A DNA stretch of 64,000 bases. It comes from a bacterium. GTDB taxonomy: Bacteria > Bacteroidota > Bacteroidia > Bacteroidales > P3. Positions 19,670-31,423 of this stretch are shown piece by piece (within the stretch, counting starts at the first letter, position 1; every line of letters begins with the position of its first letter). Below the pieces are notes generated by a model, which saw only the letters and a program-made list of their open reading frames with translations, searched no databases and was not told the DNA's origin. The stretch spans positions 94,625 to 158,624 of the forward strand of contig JAAVBS010000006.1 of assembly GCA_014802725.1 (NCBI GenBank), in the 5' to 3' direction. Made by a program: the position numbers and the translations under genes.

Positions 19670-20983
19670 TCATAAACCGATGCCGAAATAGGCAAAGCCG
19701 GCCTGTTCCACATCCCGACGCCCGTACAGGTTACGACCGTCGAACAAAACCCGCGTCCGCATCTTATCCCCGACCCGCTTCCAATCCGGCGAACGGAACT
19801 CCGTCCACTCCGTCACGAGGAAAAGCGCATCGGTATCGGCCGCCGCCTGATACATATCGTCACAATAGGTAATGCGGTCGCCGATCCGGCGCCGGCATTC
19901 ATCCATGGCTACCGGATCGTAGGCCTTCACCGTGCAACCGGCCTGAATGAACTCGTCTATCATAACCAACGACGGCGCTTCCCGCATGTCGTCCGTCCCC
20001 GGCTTGAACGCCAGCCCCCATAGCCCGACCGTCTTACCCTGCAAACTACCGTTGGCGAAATCCGAATACTTGCGGTACATTAACGACTTCTGCCGTTCGT
20101 TGACGGCTTCCACCGCCTTGAGTACACGCATGTCGTAACCCTCGCCGTCGGCCGTCTTGATCAGTGCCTTGACATCTTTGGGGAAACAGGAACCGCCGTA
20201 GCCGATACCCGGATAAAGGAATTTGCCGCCGATACGGGAATCCGACCCCATGCCTTTGCGCACGTGGTCCACATTCGCGCCCACTTTCTCGCACAGGTTC
20301 GCGATGTCGTTCATGAAACTGATGCGCGTGGCCAACATGGCGTTGGCCGCATACTTCGTCATCTCGGCCGAGGGCACGTCCATAAACAGCACCGGATGCC
20401 CGTTCAACGTAAACGGCTTATACAGCCGGCTCATGACTTCCCGTGCGCGTTCCGACTCCACCCCAACGACAATGCGTTCGGGATACATGAAATCCTTGAC
20501 GGCCGAACCCTCTTTGAGAAACTCCGGATTCGACGCCACATCGAAATCGACGTTCTCGCCCCGCGCCGCCAATTCTTGCGTCACCGCCTGCTTGACCTTG
20601 CGGGCCGTACCGACCGGCACCGTACTTTTCGTAACCAACAGCACATAGTCGTTCATATTCCGCCCCACCTCGCGCGCCACGTCCAGCACATAGCGCAGGT
20701 CCGCGCTGCCGTCCTCGTCGGGCGGTGTGCCCACGGCGCAGAAAATGACTTCCGAGCCCTGCATCGCCTCCTTCAACGAGGTTGAGAACGTCAGCCGGCC
20801 TTTATCCACATTCCGGACCAACAATTCTTCCAGCCCTTGTTCGAAAATAGGCGCGCGTTTTTGGTTCAGCATATCGATTTTACGCTGATCCACATCCACG
20901 CAGCATACCTCTATGCCCACATCGGCGAAACATACGCCCGTCACGAGACCGACATAGCCGGTCCCCACGATTGTTATCTTCAT
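19670..20983 (-). CDS. ugd: UDP-glucose 6-dehydrogenase
   Basis: 437 aa. MKITIVGTGYVGLV, and the catalytic GGSCFPKD motif. Confidence 0.9.
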   Translation of the reverse strand: MKITIVGTGYVGLVTGVCFADVGIEVCCVDVDQRKIDMLNQKRAPIFEQGLEELLVRNVDKGRLTFSTSLKEAMQGSEVIFCAVGTPPDEDGSADLRYVLDVAREVGRNMNDYVLLVTKSTVPVGTARKVKQAVTQELAARGENVDFDVASNPEFLKEGSAVKDFMYPERIVVGVESERAREVMSRLYKPFTLNGHPVLFMDVPSAEMTKYAANAMLATRISFMNDIANLCEKVGANVDHVRKGMGSDSRIGGKFLYPGIGYGGSCFPKDVKALIKTADGEGYDMRVLKAVEAVNERQKSLMYRKYSDFANGSLQGKTVGLWGLAFKPGTDDMREAPSLVMIDEFIQAGCTVKAYDPVAMDECRRRIGDRITYCDDMYQAAADTDALFLVTEWTEFRSPDWKRVGDKMRTRVLFDGRNLYGRRDVEQAGFAYFGIGL

Positions 20984-21002
20984 GGTCTAAAACTTAAACC
21001 CA

Positions 21003-21010
21003 CAAAATTA
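21003..21010 (-). promoter_or_regulatory. Candidate -7 promoter box (TAATTTTG) for the ugd-led minus-strand cluster
   Basis: TAnnTTTG match, 20 nt upstream of the ugd ATG. Confidence 0.4.
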
Positions 21011-21092
21011 AGGATTTTTTAGAAACTTTTCCACCCTTACGGTTTTGGGGCGTGTACCATCCCCAAACATCCAGCCCGTACTTTTTTCAACA

Positions 21093-21127
21093 TTTGTTTG
21101 TTATTTATATTTTTTTTACTAACTTTG
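21093..21127 (+). promoter_or_regulatory. Candidate Bacteroidota promoter (-33 TTTG, -7 TAACTTTG) for the str/S10/spc/alpha cluster
   Basis: TTTGTTTG at 21093-21100 and TAACTTTG at 21120-21127 (19-nt spacer), 57 nt upstream of the rpsL ATG. Confidence 0.5.
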
Positions 21128-21183
21128 CCATCCTTTAAAAACGCAAATTTTAAACACGTTAACTTAAACATTAACAATAAGAT

Positions 21184-21561
21184 ATGCCAACAATTCAACA
21201 ATTAGTTCGCAAAGGGCGTCAGCAGATCACGGACAAAAGCAAGTCGCCCGCGTTGGATGCCTGTCCCCAGCGTCGTGGGGTCTGTGTGCGCGTTTACACG
21301 ACTACGCCTAAGAAGCCTAACTCCGCCATGCGTAAGGTTGCGAGAGTACGTCTGACCAATCAGAAAGAGGTGAACGCCTACATTCCCGGCGAAGGTCACA
21401 ACCTGCAGGAACACTCGATCGTCATGATCCGTGGCGGCCGTGTCAAGGACCTCCCCGGTGTAAGATACCATATCATCCGCGGCGCGTTGGATACGTCCGG
21501 CGTGGAAGGGCGCAACCAACGCCGTTCCAAATACGGTACCAAACGTCCCAAGAAGAAATAG
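21184..21561 (+). CDS. rpsL: 30S ribosomal protein S12
   Basis: [12 protein letters not shown]...PKKPNSA.RKV.RVRL is a canonical S12. Confidence 0.97.
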   Translation: MPTIQQLVRKGRQQITDKSKSPALDACPQRRGVCVRVYTTTPKKPNSAMRKVARVRLTNQKEVNAYIPGEGHNLQEHSIVMIRGGRVKDLPGVRYHIIRGALDTSGVEGRNQRRSKYGTKRPKKK

Positions 21562-21617
21562 GCAGCCTGAGGCTATTATATAATAATGTATATTGACGCG
21601 TAAAATCATCGCAAGAA

Positions 21618-22085
21618 ATGAGAAAATCAACGCCTAAAAAGAGAGTCATTTTACCGGACCCCAAATACCATGACGTATTGGTCAGCAAGTTCATCAACAA
21701 CCTGATGTATTCCGGCAAAAAGAACATAGCGCACGAACTGTTCTACGACGCCATTGACGTCGTTTCCGAAAAGACGAAGGAAGACGGTTTGGAAGTATGG
21801 AAGAAAGCGCTTTCGAACGTAACGCCCTCCGTAGAGGTACGCAGCCGCCGTGTAGGCGGTGCCACGTTCCAGATTCCTTCCGAAATCCGTCCGGAACGCA
21901 AACAGTCGTTGGGTATGAAGATGCTCATCAACTACGCCCGCAAACGCAGCGAGAAATCCATGAGCCTGAAACTGGCCGGTGAAATCATGTCGGCCTATAA
22001 GGAAGAAGGCGCCGCTTTCAAACGCAAGGAAGAAATCCACAGAATGGCCGAAGCCAACAAAGCGTTCTCGCATTTTAAATTTTAA
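21618..22085 (+). CDS. rpsG: 30S ribosomal protein S7
   Basis: 155 aa. MRK...KR...PDPKY and position after rpsL. Confidence 0.97.
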   Translation: MRKSTPKKRVILPDPKYHDVLVSKFINNLMYSGKKNIAHELFYDAIDVVSEKTKEDGLEVWKKALSNVTPSVEVRSRRVGGATFQIPSEIRPERKQSLGMKMLINYARKRSEKSMSLKLAGEIMSAYKEEGAAFKRKEEIHRMAEANKAFSHFKF

Positions 22086-22100
22086 GGAACTACACATTAG

Positions 22101-24191
22101 ATGGCACACGATTTAGCAAAGACGAGAAACATCGGCATCATGGCCCACATCGATGCCGGCAAGACGACTTGTTCCGAACGTATCCTGTACTACACCGGCA
22201 AGAACCACAAAATCGGCGAAACGCACGACGGTTCGGCCACGATGGACTGGATGGCGCAGGAACAGGAAAGAGGTATCACGATTACGTCCGCCGCGACGAC
22301 CGTTTTCTGGAAATACCGCAACGACAATTATAAAATCAACCTGATCGATACCCCGGGGCACGTGGACTTCACCGTGGAAGTGGAACGTTCCCTGCGTGTA
22401 TTGGACGGCGCCGTCGCTTTGTTCTGCGCCGTGGGCGGCGTACAGCCCCAGTCCGAAACCGTTTGGCGTCAGGCCAACAAATATAAAGTGCCCCGTATCG
22501 CGTTCGTCAACAAGATGGACCGTACCGGCGCCGACTTCTTCAATGTCGTGACCCAAATCAAGGAACGTCTGCAGGCCAAGCCGGTCGTTTTGACGATTCC
22601 CATCGGTCAGGAAGACACGTTCAAGGGTGTGGTGGACGTTATCGCCCGCAAAGCCTATGAATGGAACGAGGAAGACAAGGGGCTCACGTTCTTTGAAGTG
22701 CCCATCCCCGATGATTTGAAAGACACGGTGGAAGAATACCACAACCGCCTGTTGGAGGAAGTGGCCGAGTTGGACGAAAACCTGATGACCAAATACTTCG
22801 ATGATCCGAGCACGATTACCGAAGACGAAATCATCGCCGCCATCCGCAAGGCGACCGTCGAAATGACGATCAACCCGGTATTGTGCGGTTCGGCGTTCAA
22901 GAACAAGGGGATCCAGCTCCTGCTCGACGCCGTGGCCCGCTACCTGCCGAGCCCGCTGGACGTGGAAGCCATCACGGGTATCAACCCCAAATCCGGTGAC
23001 GAAGAATCGCGCAAGGTCGATGTAAACGAACCGTTCAGCGCGTTGGCGTTCAAGATTGCGACCGACCCGTTCGTAGGCCGTATCGCTTTCTTCCGCGTTT
23101 ACTCCGGCGCTTTGGATGCCGGTTCCTACGTGCTCAACGCCTCCACCGGTAAAAAAGAACGTATATCCCGCATCCTGCAGATGCACTCCAATAAACAGCA
23201 ACCGATGGACCGCATCGAAACCGGTGACATCGGCGCGGCCGTAGGTTTCAAGGAAATCAAGACCGGTAACACGCTTTGCGACGAGAACCATCCGATTATC
23301 CTCGAATCCATGACGTTCCCCGACCCGGTTATCAGCATCGCCATCGAACCCGTTTCGCAGGCCGATGTTGACAAACTGTCGAACGGGCTCGCGAAATTGG
23401 CGGAAGAAGACCCGACGTTCCAGGTTCACTCCGACGAGAACTCCGGTCAGACCGTTATCAGCGGTATGGGCGAGTTGCACTTGGATGTACTGATTGACCG
23501 TCTGCGCCGTGAATTCCATGTGGAATGCAACCAGGGCAAGCCCCAGGTGGCCTACAAGGAAGCCGTACGCTCCGCCGTTCAGCACCGCGAGATTTACAAG
23601 AAACAGACCGGTGGTCGCGGTAAGTTCGCCGATATCATCTTTGAAGTTTCCCCGGCCGACGAAGGCGTCAAAGGCCTCCAGTTCATCAACGAAGTCAAGG
23701 GCGGTAACATTCCCAAGGAATTCATCCCGTCGATTGAAAAAGGCTTCAAGGCCTCTTTGGAAAACGGTGTTTTGGCCGGCTATCCGCTCGAAAGCCTCAA
23801 GGTCCGTCTGATCGACGGTTCGTTCCACCCGGTGGACTCCGATGCGCTTTCGTTCGAAGTCTGCGCCAAAATCGGCTTTAAGGAAGCTTGCCGCAAGGCC
23901 AAGTCCGTATTGCTCGAACCGATCATGTCTTTGGAAATCGAAACGCCGGACGATTACGTGGGCGATGTTTCCAGCGACTTGAACCGTCGCCGCGGTATCA
24001 TGGAAGGTATCGAAGCCAAGGTCGGTGGCCAGGCCATCCGCGCCAAGGTGCCGCTGGCGGAAATGTTCGGCTATGTGACGGCTTTGAGAACGCTCAGTTC
24101 CGGTCGCGCCAGCTCCACGATGGAGTACGCCTACCATGCCGAAGCGCCGGCCAACATTACGGAAGAAGTAATCAAACAAGCCAATAAATAG
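22101..24191 (+). CDS. fusA: Elongation factor G (canonical)
   Basis: 696 aa. G1 AHIDAGKTT, switch [11 protein letters not shown]4 NKMD. Located in the str operon after rpsG. Confidence 0.97.
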   Translation: MAHDLAKTRNIGIMAHIDAGKTTCSERILYYTGKNHKIGETHDGSATMDWMAQEQERGITITSAATTVFWKYRNDNYKINLIDTPGHVDFTVEVERSLRVLDGAVALFCAVGGVQPQSETVWRQANKYKVPRIAFVNKMDRTGADFFNVVTQIKERLQAKPVVLTIPIGQEDTFKGVVDVIARKAYEWNEEDKGLTFFEVPIPDDLKDTVEEYHNRLLEEVAELDENLMTKYFDDPSTITEDEIIAAIRKATVEMTINPVLCGSAFKNKGIQLLLDAVARYLPSPLDVEAITGINPKSGDEESRKVDVNEPFSALAFKIATDPFVGRIAFFRVYSGALDAGSYVLNASTGKKERISRILQMHSNKQQPMDRIETGDIGAAVGFKEIKTGNTLCDENHPIILESMTFPDPVISIAIEPVSQADVDKLSNGLAKLAEEDPTFQVHSDENSGQTVISGMGELHLDVLIDRLRREFHVECNQGKPQVAYKEAVRSAVQHREIYKKQTGGRGKFADIIFEVSPADEGVKGLQFINEVKGGNIPKEFIPSIEKGFKASLENGVLAGYPLESLKVRLIDGSFHPVDSDALSFEVCAKIGFKEACRKAKSVLLEPIMSLEIETPDDYVGDVSSDLNRRRGIMEGIEAKVGGQAIRAKVPLAEMFGYVTALRTLSSGRASSTMEYAYHAEAPANITEEVIKQANK

Positions 24192-24207
24192 TTTAAATTT
24201 TTTAACC

Positions 24208-24513
24208 GTGAGTCAAAGAATCAGAATCAAACTCAAGTCTTACGACTACAACTTGGTTGACAAGTCGGCCGAGAAGATCGTAAAGACGGTGAAGCTCACA
24301 GGGGCGATGATCAACGGACCCATTCCCCTGCCGACGAACAAGAAGATCTTCACCGTGAACCGTTCCACGTTCGTGAACAAGAAGTCGCGGGAACAGTTCG
24401 AATTGTCTTCCTACAAACGTCTGCTCGACATTCACAGCAGCAGCTCCAAGACCATCGACGCGCTGATGAAACTGGAATTGCCGAGCGGTGTGGAAGTGGA
24501 AATCAAAGTCTGA
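24208..24513 (+). CDS. rpsJ: 30S ribosomal protein S10 (GTG start)
   Basis: 101 aa. IRIKLKSYD...LD is a canonical S10. Confidence 0.95.
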   Translation: MSQRIRIKLKSYDYNLVDKSAEKIVKTVKLTGAMINGPIPLPTNKKIFTVNRSTFVNKKSREQFELSSYKRLLDIHSSSSKTIDALMKLELPSGVEVEIKV

Positions 24514-24585
24514 TGACCGCCCGCCTCTCAAGATAACGTAAAAGACAAAACCTTATTGACACAGAAACCATAAACAAGCATTAAT

Positions 24586-25215
24586 ATGTCCGGATTAATA
24601 GGAAAGAAAATCGGAATGACTAGCATTTGGGATGCCTCCGGTAAGAACATACCGTGCACTGTAATCGAAGCTGGTCCTTGTGTGGTAACGCAAGTAAAAA
24701 CAATAGAGAAGGACGGCTACGAAGCCATTCAGCTGTCCTTTGGTGAACGCAAGGAAAAACATACGCCGAAAGCCCTCATGGGGCATTTCGCCAAGGCGAA
24801 CACGACGCCCAAGCTCATCAGCATGGAGTTCTCCCGCTTTGAGGAAGGTAGCCGCAAATCGCACGGCGAAGTGTTGGGCGTAGATGTTTTCGAAGAAGGC
24901 GAATTCATCGACGTAGCCGGCTACACCAAAGGTAAAGGCTTTCAGGGTGTCGTTGGACGGCACGGATTCGGTGGCGTAGGTCAATCTACTCACGGTCAAC
25001 ACAACAGACTTAGAGCCCCCGGTTCGGTCGGTGCCTCTTCCTACCCTTCCCGCTTGTTCAAAGGCTTGCGCATGGCCGGTCAGAAAGGTCACGAGAGAAG
25101 AAAGAGCATCAACCTTCAGATCGTAAAGATCGTTCCCGAAAAGAATTTAATTTTAGTTAAAGGATCGGTACCCGGTCCGAAAGGTTCATTTTTAAAACTC
25201 GAGAGATGGAGCTAA
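24586..25215 (+). CDS. rplC: 50S ribosomal protein L3
   Basis: 209 aa. [10 protein letters not shown]... and S10-operon order. Confidence 0.96.
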   Translation: MSGLIGKKIGMTSIWDASGKNIPCTVIEAGPCVVTQVKTIEKDGYEAIQLSFGERKEKHTPKALMGHFAKANTTPKLISMEFSRFEEGSRKSHGEVLGVDVFEEGEFIDVAGYTKGKGFQGVVGRHGFGGVGQSTHGQHNRLRAPGSVGASSYPSRLFKGLRMAGQKGHERRKSINLQIVKIVPEKNLILVKGSVPGPKGSFLKLERWS

Positions 25216-25841
25216 CAGTATATAACATCAAAGGACAAGAGACCGGCAAGAAGGTTGTCTTGAGCGATCTCATAGCCAAGGCTGAGCCGAACGACCACGC
25301 CATTTATCTGGACGTGAAGCAGTATATGGCCAACCAACGCCAGGGCACGCACAAAAGCAAGGAAAGATCGGAAGTATCCGGCAGTACGCGCAAGTTGGGT
25401 CGCCAAAAAGGCGGCGGCGGTGCCCGTCGCGGTGACATCAACTCGCCGTTGCTCGTAGGCGGTGGCCGTGTATTCGGTCCCCGTCCGCGCGACTACAGCT
25501 TCAAGTTGAACAAGAAACTGAAACGTCTGGCCCGTATTTCGGCCCTGGCGTACAAGTTGCAGAACGACGGCATCAAGGTGGTGGACGACATCCAGTTGGC
25601 CTCCCACAAGACCAAAGGCATGGTGGAAGTGATGAAAAATCTTCAGCTTTCTGAAAAAAAATCGCTTATAGTGCTTTTGGAATCAAATAATTTCGTATCT
25701 TTGTCGTCCCGAAATTTGCCGCTCATCAAGGTTGTAAATGTTTCTAATTTAAACACTTACGACATTATGAACGCGCAAAATTTGTTGTTTGTAGAGGCTT
25801 CGGCCCGCAAACTGGACGAAATGTACGGCCAGGAAGCTTAG
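25206..25841 (+). CDS. rplD: 50S ribosomal protein L4
   Basis: 211 aa. Operon order and the [11 protein letters not shown] motif. Confidence 0.95.
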   Translation: MELTVYNIKGQETGKKVVLSDLIAKAEPNDHAIYLDVKQYMANQRQGTHKSKERSEVSGSTRKLGRQKGGGGARRGDINSPLLVGGGRVFGPRPRDYSFKLNKKLKRLARISALAYKLQNDGIKVVDDIQLASHKTKGMVEVMKNLQLSEKKSLIVLLESNNFVSLSSRNLPLIKVVNVSNLNTYDIMNAQNLLFVEASARKLDEMYGQEA

Positions 25842-25866
25842 TCAGAAACCGCTTAAAACGAGAAAA

Positions 25867-26157
25867 ATGAGCATAATAATTAAACCCCTCGTCACTGAAA
25901 AGATGACGAAAATCGGTGAGAAGTTAAACCGGGTAGGCTTTCTCGTAGAAAAAACGGCTAACAAAATCGAGATTAGAAACGCCGTCGAGAGCATGTATAA
26001 TGTAAAGGTATCGGAAGTGAACACGATGCGTTACGACGGCAAAGTGAAATCCCGCTATACCAAAGCCGGTTTTATACAGGGCCGCACCAATGCCACGAAA
26101 AAGGCCATCGTTACGTTGGCCGAAGGCGATACGATTGATTTTTATAGCAATATTTAA
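25867..26157 (+). CDS. rplW: 50S ribosomal protein L23
   Basis: 96 aa. IIKPLVTEK and operon order. Confidence 0.95.
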   Translation: MSIIIKPLVTEKMTKIGEKLNRVGFLVEKTANKIEIRNAVESMYNVKVSEVNTMRYDGKVKSRYTKAGFIQGRTNATKKAIVTLAEGDTIDFYSNI

Positions 26158-26165
26158 GAAGAGAA

Positions 26166-26990
26166 ATGGCTTTAAAGAAATTCAAACCCACAACGCCAGG
26201 TCAGCGTTTCCGCAGCATCAGCACGTTTGAGGAAATCACGACCTCCACGCCGGAGAAGAGTCTGTTGGCGCCCGTCCGCAAAAGCGGTGGCCGCAACAAC
26301 CAGGGCAAAATGACCATGCGCTATATCGGTGGTGGACACAAGAAACAATATCGTATTATCGATTTCAAACGGGAGAAAGAAAATATTCCCGCCGTGGTTA
26401 AAACCATAGAGTACGACCCCAATCGTACGGCCCGTATCGCCCTGTTGGTGTATGCCGACGGGGAAAAACGCTATATGTTGGCTCCTCAGGGTTTGCAGGT
26501 AGGCCAAAAGATTCTGTCGGGCAAAGGGATCGCCCCCGAATTGGGCAATACGCTTTATCTGAGCGAAATTCCTTTCGGTACGTTGATTTACAACATTGAA
26601 CTGCGTCCCGGCCAGGGCGCCAAGATGGCCCGCAGCGCCGGTGCTTACGCCCAGTTGATGTCGCGTGAAGACAAATACGCCATCATCAAACTGCCTTCCG
26701 GCGAAACGCGCAAAATCCTCCAAGCCTGCAAGGCGACGGTGGGGGTGGCTTCCAATACGGACCACAGCCTCGAATCTTCCGGCAAGGCCGGTCGCAGCCG
26801 CTGGTTAGGCCGTCGTCCGCGCAACCGCGGTGTTGTCATGAACCCTGTCGATCACCCGATGGGTGGTGGTGAAGGCCGTGCTTCCGGTGGTCACCCGCGC
26901 AGCCGCAAGGGTATGCCGGCCAAGGGCTACAAGACGCGTCGTCCGAAGAACCGTTCCAACCAGTTCATCATAGAAAGAAGGAAGAAATAA
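26166..26990 (+). CDS. rplB: 50S ribosomal protein L2
   Basis: 274 aa. GGGHK..YR..DF and [13 protein letters not shown]. Confidence 0.97.
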   Translation: MALKKFKPTTPGQRFRSISTFEEITTSTPEKSLLAPVRKSGGRNNQGKMTMRYIGGGHKKQYRIIDFKREKENIPAVVKTIEYDPNRTARIALLVYADGEKRYMLAPQGLQVGQKILSGKGIAPELGNTLYLSEIPFGTLIYNIELRPGQGAKMARSAGAYAQLMSREDKYAIIKLPSGETRKILQACKATVGVASNTDHSLESSGKAGRSRWLGRRPRNRGVVMNPVDHPMGGGEGRASGGHPRSRKGMPAKGYKTRRPKNRSNQFIIERRKK

Positions 26991-27008
26991 CGCTTAAAAA
27001 TCAAAGTT

Positions 27009-27287
27009 ATGAGCCGCTCAATTAAAAAAGGTCCATATATCCACTATAAGTTAGAAAAGAAAGTTCTGGCCGCTGCAGAAAGCAAGAAGAAGGTTACGAT
27101 CAAGACTTGGTCCAGAGCCTCTATGATCTCTCCTGATTTTGTAGGACAGACCATCGCTGTGCACAATGGCAACAAATTCATCCCGGTTTATGTGACCGAA
27201 AACATGGTAGGTCATAAACTGGGCGAATTCGCCCCCACCCGTATTTTCCGCGGACATGCCGGCAACAAGGACAAAGGAAAAAAGTAA
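27009..27287 (+). CDS. rpsS: 30S ribosomal protein S19
   Basis: 92 aa. SRSIKKGPY...GHKLGEF.PTR. Confidence 0.97.
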   Translation: MSRSIKKGPYIHYKLEKKVLAAAESKKKVTIKTWSRASMISPDFVGQTIAVHNGNKFIPVYVTENMVGHKLGEFAPTRIFRGHAGNKDKGKK

Positions 27288-27311
27288 TCATCCTAAGAAA
27301 AAGAAAGAACA

Positions 27312-27755
27312 ATGGGATCGAGAAAACGCATTCGCGCAGAACAGTTGAAAGAGCAGAAGAAGACGCTCTATATGGCGAAGTTGAACAACAACCCCACTTC
27401 GCCGCGTAAGACGAGATATACCGCCGATTTGATTCGGGGACTGGATGTTGACAAAGCGTTGGCTATCTTGCAATACAGCCACCGTGAAGCGGCGCCGAAA
27501 CTGCACAAACTCCTGCGTTCGGCCATCGCCAACTGGCAGAACAAGAACGAAGGCCTCCGCATGGAAGACGCCAAGTTATACATCAAGGAGATCTTTGTTG
27601 ACGGCGGCGTACAGCTCAAACGTCTTCGCCCGGCGCCCCAAGGCAGAGGTTACCGCATCAGAAAGCGTTCCAACCACGTGACGCTCATTTTGGGTAGCCG
27701 TGTGGCCCAGCCCGAACAAGTAAAGGAAGTTGAATCAGAATCTGAAAACAAGTAG
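27312..27755 (+). CDS. rplV: 50S ribosomal protein L22
   Basis: 147 aa. SPRK.R..ADLIRG motif, with N- and C-terminal extensions of the Bacteroidota type. Confidence 0.95.
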   Translation: MGSRKRIRAEQLKEQKKTLYMAKLNNNPTSPRKTRYTADLIRGLDVDKALAILQYSHREAAPKLHKLLRSAIANWQNKNEGLRMEDAKLYIKEIFVDGGVQLKRLRPAPQGRGYRIRKRSNHVTLILGSRVAQPEQVKEVESESENK

Positions 27756-27758
27756 ATA

Positions 27759-28493
27759 ATGGGACAGAAGACAAACCCTATAGGCAATAGATTGGGAATC
27801 GTTAGAGGTTGGGATTCCAATTGGTTCGGCGGTCGTAAATTCGAAGCCAAACTCGTAGAAGACGATAAAATCCGCAAATACCTCAACGCGCGTTTGGTCA
27901 AGGCCGGTATTTCCAAAATCCAGATCGAGCGCACGCTCAAATTGGTGACCATTACTATTTTTACGGCGAAACCCGGTGTCATCATCGGCAAGGCCGGTCA
28001 GGAAGTGGACAAACTGAAGGAAGAGTTGAAGAAACTTACCCAGAAGGAAATCCAGATCAACATTTCGGAAGTAAAACGTCCGGAACTGGATGCCGTTATC
28101 GTGGCTTCCTCGATTGCGCGTCAGCTCGAAGGCCGTGTTTCCTACCGCAAGGCCATCAAGATGGCCATTACCTCGGCCATGAGAATGGGTGCCGAAGGTA
28201 TCAAGATTCAGATTTCCGGTCGTTTGGGCGGTGCCGAAATGGCGCGTACCGAACACTTCAAGGAAGGCCGCACGCCGCTCCACACGCTCCGCGCCGACAT
28301 CGACTATGCGTTGAACGAAGCGCATACGACCTATGGCCGTTTGGGCATCAAGGTTTGGATTTGCCGCGGCATCATCTACGGTAAACGCGATTTGACGAGC
28401 AACTTCGGTGCAGCCGCTTCCAACGGTAAGGATTTCGGCGGCCGTGGCAACGCGTCCAACCGTCCGATGGGTGGCAGAAGAAAAAAACAATAA
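27759..28493 (+). CDS. rpsC: 30S ribosomal protein S3
   Basis: 244 aa. [13 protein letters not shown] and a KH domain. Confidence 0.97.
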   Translation: MGQKTNPIGNRLGIVRGWDSNWFGGRKFEAKLVEDDKIRKYLNARLVKAGISKIQIERTLKLVTITIFTAKPGVIIGKAGQEVDKLKEELKKLTQKEIQINISEVKRPELDAVIVASSIARQLEGRVSYRKAIKMAITSAMRMGAEGIKIQISGRLGGAEMARTEHFKEGRTPLHTLRADIDYALNEAHTTYGRLGIKVWICRGIIYGKRDLTSNFGAAASNGKDFGGRGNASNRPMGGRRKKQ

Positions 28494-28533
28494 GAGCGTA
28501 AGCGTTAGTTCAACATTTTAATACGATACAGAA

Positions 28534-28956
28534 ATGTTACAACCAAAGAAAACCAAGTTCAGGAAACAGCAGAAAGGGAAAATCAAAGGCAACACCAAAC
28601 GGGGTGCCGAAATCGCTTTCGGTTCTTTCGCGTTGAAAGCGTTGGAGCCGGCGCTGTTGACCGGACGTCAGATAGAAGCCGCCCGTCAAGCCATGACCCG
28701 TTATATGAAACGTGAGGGTCAGTTGTGGATCCGCATTTTCCCCGACAAGCCTATTACCAAAAAGCCGAACGAAGTACGTATGGGTAAAGGTAAAGGTGCG
28801 CCGGAATACTTCGTGGCGCGCATCGCCCCCGGTCGTATCCTGTTCGAAGCCGACGGGGTTTCGGAAGAAATCGCGAAGGAAGCCTTGCGTTTGGCGGCTC
28901 AAAAACTGCCGATCGCGGTGAAATTTATCGTTAGAAGAGATTACGTACCCGAATAA
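28534..28956 (+). CDS. rplP: 50S ribosomal protein L16
   Basis: 140 aa. [15 protein letters not shown]. Confidence 0.97.
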   Translation: MLQPKKTKFRKQQKGKIKGNTKRGAEIAFGSFALKALEPALLTGRQIEAARQAMTRYMKREGQLWIRIFPDKPITKKPNEVRMGKGKGAPEYFVARIAPGRILFEADGVSEEIAKEALRLAAQKLPIAVKFIVRRDYVPE

Positions 28957-28969
28957 CAAGCGTTTAGCC

Positions 28970-29167
28970 ATGAAGACTGAATTAGTAGTAAAAGAATTGT
29001 CCATACCCGAGCTCAAGGAACGCTTGGATGTGGAAAAAGCGGAACTGAACAGAATGAAATTGAATCATGCTATTTCGCCTGTTGAGAATCCCAACTTGAT
29101 AAAGAAACACAAAAGAACCATTGCCCGCATTCTCACGGAACTGCGTCGTAGGGAAATGGCTGTATAA
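28970..29167 (+). CDS. rpmC: 50S ribosomal protein L29
   Basis: 65 aa. Operon order and the L29 helical pattern. Confidence 0.93.
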   Translation: MKTELVVKELSIPELKERLDVEKAELNRMKLNHAISPVENPNLIKKHKRTIARILTELRRREMAV

Positions 29168-29186
29168 CGCTTAAGAAACCGACAAG

Positions 29187-29441
29187 ATGGAAAGAAACTT
29201 AAGAAAAGAGAGAATAGGTGTTGTGGTAAGCAACAAAATGCAGAAAACCATTACCGTTTTGGTTGAACGCAAGACCAAGCACCCTATCTATGGTAAATTC
29301 GTAAAGAAATCTACCAAGTTTACGGCTCACGACGAAAAGAACGAGTGCAATGAAGGCGATACCGTTCGCATCATGGAAACCCGGCCGTTGAGCAAGAACA
29401 AATGTTGGAGATTAGTTGAAATCATTGAAAGAGCTAAATAA
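29187..29441 (+). CDS. rpsQ: 30S ribosomal protein S17
   Basis: 84 aa. [15 protein letters not shown]...HP.Y.K. Confidence 0.96.
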   Translation: MERNLRKERIGVVVSNKMQKTITVLVERKTKHPIYGKFVKKSTKFTAHDEKNECNEGDTVRIMETRPLSKNKCWRLVEIIERAK

Positions 29442-29443
29442 TT

Positions 29444-29812
29444 ATGATACAGCAAGAAACAAGGCTTAGTGTTGCCGACAACAGCGGTGCCAAATCCGTG
29501 CTCTGCATTCGTGTACTCGGCGGCACCAAAAGAAGATATGCCAGCGTGGGCGATAAGATTATCGTTTCCATCAAAGACGCCCTTCCTTCCGGTAACGTCA
29601 AGAAAGGTACCGTGTCCAAGGCTGTGGTCGTGAGAACAACGAAAGAAGTTCGTCGCGCGGATGGCTCTTACATCCGGTTCGACGACAACGCCGTCGTTCT
29701 GCTTACCGCGAACGAGGAAATGCGCGGAACCCGTATCTTCGGCCCCGTAGCCCGCGAATTGAGAGAAAAACAATTTATGAAGATTGTTTCACTGGCACCT
29801 GAAGTGCTTTAA
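29444..29812 (+). CDS. rplN: 50S ribosomal protein L14
   Basis: 122 aa. [16 protein letters not shown]. Confidence 0.97.
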   Translation: MIQQETRLSVADNSGAKSVLCIRVLGGTKRRYASVGDKIIVSIKDALPSGNVKKGTVSKAVVVRTTKEVRRADGSYIRFDDNAVVLLTANEEMRGTRIFGPVARELREKQFMKIVSLAPEVL

Positions 29813-29824
29813 AATTTTATACGC

Positions 29825-30142
29825 ATGAAATTACACATCAAAAAAGGAGACACGGTTAAGGTGTTGGCCGGTGACGATAAGGGCAAGCAAGGTAAGGTCC
29901 TGCTCGTGGACACCGAAAAACAACGCGCCACCGTCGAGGGGGTGAACTTTGTTTCCAAGCACACGAAGCCCAATGCCAAGAATCCGCAAGGCGGCATCAT
30001 CAAGAAAGAGGCGTCGCTGCATATTTCCAACCTCATGGTCGTGGACAGCAAGGGTACGGCTTCGAGAATCGGGCGGAAATTGGATGAAAAGACACAAAAA
30101 TCAGTTCGTTATTCTAAAAAATCAGGGGAGGTAATTAAATAA
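29825..30142 (+). CDS. rplX: 50S ribosomal protein L24
   Basis: 105 aa. KKGDTV.V.AG.DKGK.G KOW motif. Confidence 0.95.
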   Translation: MKLHIKKGDTVKVLAGDDKGKQGKVLLVDTEKQRATVEGVNFVSKHTKPNAKNPQGGIIKKEASLHISNLMVVDSKGTASRIGRKLDEKTQKSVRYSKKSGEVIK

Positions 30143-30696
30143 TGGATTATTCGCCTAGACTTAAAGAAAAGTATCAGAAAGAGATCATACCGGCTTTGAC
30201 GAAGGAATTCCAATACAAGTCGGTTATGCAAGTACCCCGCCTGACGAAGATTTGTCTGAACCAGGGTTTGGGTGTGGCTATCGCCGACAAGAAACTCATC
30301 GACCTCGGTATCGAGGAGATGACGGCCATCAGCGGTCAGCGTGCCGTGGCGACGAAGTCGAAAAAGGATATTTCGAACTTCAAGGTGCGTAAAGGCATGC
30401 CGATCGGCGTTCGCGTTACGTTGCGCGGCGACAAGATGTATGAATTCCTCGACCGTTTGATTTCCGTCGCCATTCCCCGGATCCGCGACTTCCGCGGCAT
30501 CTCCGACAAGGGGCTGGACGGCAAGGGTAACTTCTCTTTCGGTATCACCGAACAGATTATCTTCCCCGAAATCAACATCGACAAAGTAAGTAAGATTTGT
30601 GGTATGGACATCACGTTCGTAACGACGGCCAATTCCGACAAGGAAGCCTACGCGCTCCTGAAAGAATTCGGTATGCCCTTCCAAAAACACAACTAA
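30142..30696 (+). CDS. rplE: 50S ribosomal protein L5
   Basis: 184 aa. PRLKEKY and operon order. TAATG junction with rplX. Confidence 0.96.
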   Translation: MDYSPRLKEKYQKEIIPALTKEFQYKSVMQVPRLTKICLNQGLGVAIADKKLIDLGIEEMTAISGQRAVATKSKKDISNFKVRKGMPIGVRVTLRGDKMYEFLDRLISVAIPRIRDFRGISDKGLDGKGNFSFGITEQIIFPEINIDKVSKICGMDITFVTTANSDKEAYALLKEFGMPFQKHN

Positions 30697-30711
30697 TAAG
30701 AGGACGCAATT

Positions 30712-30981
30712 ATGGCAAAAGAATCAATGAAGGCCCGCGAGTTGAAAAGACAGCAACTTGTGGCGAAATATGCTCAGAAGCGCGCTGAATTAAAGAAAGC
30801 CGGAGACTACGAAGCGCTCCAGAGAATCCCGAAGAACGCTTCTCCCGTTCGTCTGCACAACCGTTGCAAACTGACCGGACGTCCCAAAGGCTATATGCGT
30901 ACTTTCGGTATTTCCCGTATCAACTTCCGGGAAATGGCCCTGCAAGGCCTGATTCCGGGCGTAAAGAAAGCCAGTTGGTAA
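30712..30981 (+). CDS. rpsN: 30S ribosomal protein S14 (long, non-zinc form)
   Basis: 89 aa. [13 protein letters not shown]-terminus GLIPGV.KASW, no CxxC pairs. Confidence 0.95.
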   Translation: MAKESMKARELKRQQLVAKYAQKRAELKKAGDYEALQRIPKNASPVRLHNRCKLTGRPKGYMRTFGISRINFREMALQGLIPGVKKASW

Positions 30982-31014
30982 GCTATTCGTTTAAACCTAA
31001 AAAGAGAAAAGAAA

Positions 31015-31410
31015 ATGGTTACAGATCCTATTGCAGATTTTCTAACACGGATTAGAAATGCCAATATGGCCAAGCATAAACTGTTGGAAGTTCCCTCCTC
31101 CAAAATGAAATTGGAAATCGCCCGCATTCTGTTTGAAAAGGGCTATATCGCCAACTTCAAATTGGAAGAAGGTGAAAAGCCGACGTTGAAAATCGCTTTG
31201 AAATATCACCCCGCCACGAAACTGCCGGCCATCCACTCGATTGTCCGCGTGAGCAAACCGGGTCTGCGTAAGTACGCCGATACCGAAAACCTGCCCCGCG
31301 TCATGAACGGCTTGGGCATCGCCATCCTCTCCACTTCCAAGGGCCTGATGACCGACAAGGAAGCGCGCAAGGAAAACGTAGGCGGTGAAGTTATTTGTTA
31401 CATCAGCTAA
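31015..31410 (+). CDS. rpsH: 30S ribosomal protein S8
   Basis: 131 aa. [14 protein letters not shown]. Confidence 0.97.
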   Translation: MVTDPIADFLTRIRNANMAKHKLLEVPSSKMKLEIARILFEKGYIANFKLEEGEKPTLKIALKYHPATKLPAIHSIVRVSKPGLRKYADTENLPRVMNGLGIAILSTSKGLMTDKEARKENVGGEVICYIS

Positions 31411-31423
31411 ATAAGATAAAACC

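Noticed and set aside
10031-19675. A group of long antisense ORFs, with similar cases elsewhere: 10031..11773, 11682..12884, 15916..17409, 18158..19675, and also 41161..42399, 44369..45595, 46530..47363, 47731..48510, 49698..51467, 51845..53518, 55351..56205, 57142..58137, 58523..59404 and 59773..60600.
   Set aside because: Each lies opposite a gene with strong family motifs. All have the same Arg/His/Gly/Val-rich, motif-free composition typical of shadow frames in GC-rich coding DNA.
22113-24179. 688-aa ORF covering almost all of fusA on the opposite strand.
   Set aside because: It is in register with the fusA codons (24177-24179 is a sense codon). It therefore only shows that fusA uses essentially no TTA, CTA or TCA codons. 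This is a codon-bias artefact, not an overlapping gene.
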